Shown here: one piece after another, positions 63,549 through 64,000 of the stretch
Layout: each line of letters starts with the position of its first letter
Position numbering within the stretch: the stretch's first letter is position 1
Origin: Candidatus Multivoradales bacterium
GTDB lineage: Bacteria; Acidobacteriota; Thermoanaerobaculia; Multivoradales; Multivoraceae
DNA: 64,000 bases
Assembly: GCA_965223325.1 (NCBI GenBank)
Contig: CBDCWI010000001.1
Coordinates: 320,001-384,000, forward strand
Direction of reading: 5' to 3'
The notes under the pieces: model-generated
Databases searched by the model: none
What the model was told of the DNA's origin: nothing
Seen by the model: the letters and a program-made list of their open reading frames with translations, nothing else
Translations under genes and position numbers: made by a program

Positions 63549-64000
63549 ATGAACTTCGACTTCTCTGACGCACAGAAAGCTCTCAAGCAGCAGACACGCG
63601 ACATGCTGCGCCAGGTTTGCCCTCTCGAAGTTCCACGCCGCGTCCTCGAAGGCGACGAGACGCACGACTCTTCGACCTGGAAGGCGCTGGTCGACATGGA
63701 GGCTCCCGGCATCGCGATCCCCGAGGAGTACGGAGGGATCGGGTTTGGCTACCTCGAGCTCTGCGTTGTCGCCGAAGAGCTCGGGCGTGCCCTGGCACCG
63801 ACGCCGTTCTCGTCCTCGGCCTATCTGGCGACCGAGGCGATTCTGCTCGCCGGCAGCGACGAACAGAAGAAGTCCTACTTGCCGCGCCTTGCAACCGGCG
63901 AAGTCATTGGCACGTTCGCGCTTGCCGAGGGGCCCGGCGCGCCGACCGAGAACAAGCTCACCACCACCCTCGACGGCGACAAGCTGACTGGTGCGAAGAC
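63549..64000 (+). CDS. Acyl-CoA dehydrogenase (3' truncated by window edge)
   Basis: GGAG RBS; MNFDFSDAQKALK, IPEEYGGIG, EELGRALAP, EQKKSYLPRLATGEVIGTFALAE. Confidence 0.93.
   Translation, partial: MNFDFSDAQKALKQQTRDMLRQVCPLEVPRRVLEGDETHDSSTWKALVDMEAPGIAIPEEYGGIGFGYLELCVVAEELGRALAPTPFSSSAYLATEAILLAGSDEQKKSYLPRLATGEVIGTFALAEGPGAPTENKLTTTLDGDKLTGAK

Overview
GC-rich bacterial chromosome segment, probably Acidobacteriota (inferred from an ADOP-type duplicated permease, an acidobacterial-style VWA protein and a 'FFDPFETGD..W' C-terminal tail). It opens with groES (partial)-groEL. Next is a ~4.2 kb decayed, integrase-less island bounded by a second copy of the groEL 3' end, carrying a sulfatase fragment and a serine hydrolase/TonB-receptor deletion junction. 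The rest is mostly envelope, transport and redox genes: a multicopper oxidase-DUF5916-two-component operon, a secreted metallopeptidase pair, several ABC systems, two PQQ dehydrogenases, hflX, a glutathione cluster (cyanobacterial-type gshA, chaC, gshB, gor), two REC-HK-REC kinases with degenerate receivers and a partial acyl-CoA dehydrogenase. The most notable observations are: (1) a duplicated palindromic REP/MITE-like element at 39.7-40.2 kb, surrounded by a distance-graded, strand-specific compositional halo (consistent with C>T/A>G on the minus strand) that extends into the synonymous sites of both flanking genes; (2) a hidden AhpD/CMD-family selenoprotein (CHYU, in-frame TGA plus SECIS-like hairpin) at 50145-50726; (3) the groEL-anchored island; (4) several long intergenic stem-loops. 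No tRNA, rRNA, CRISPR array, integrase or transposase was seen. All family calls come from motif recognition by eye, not from database searches.
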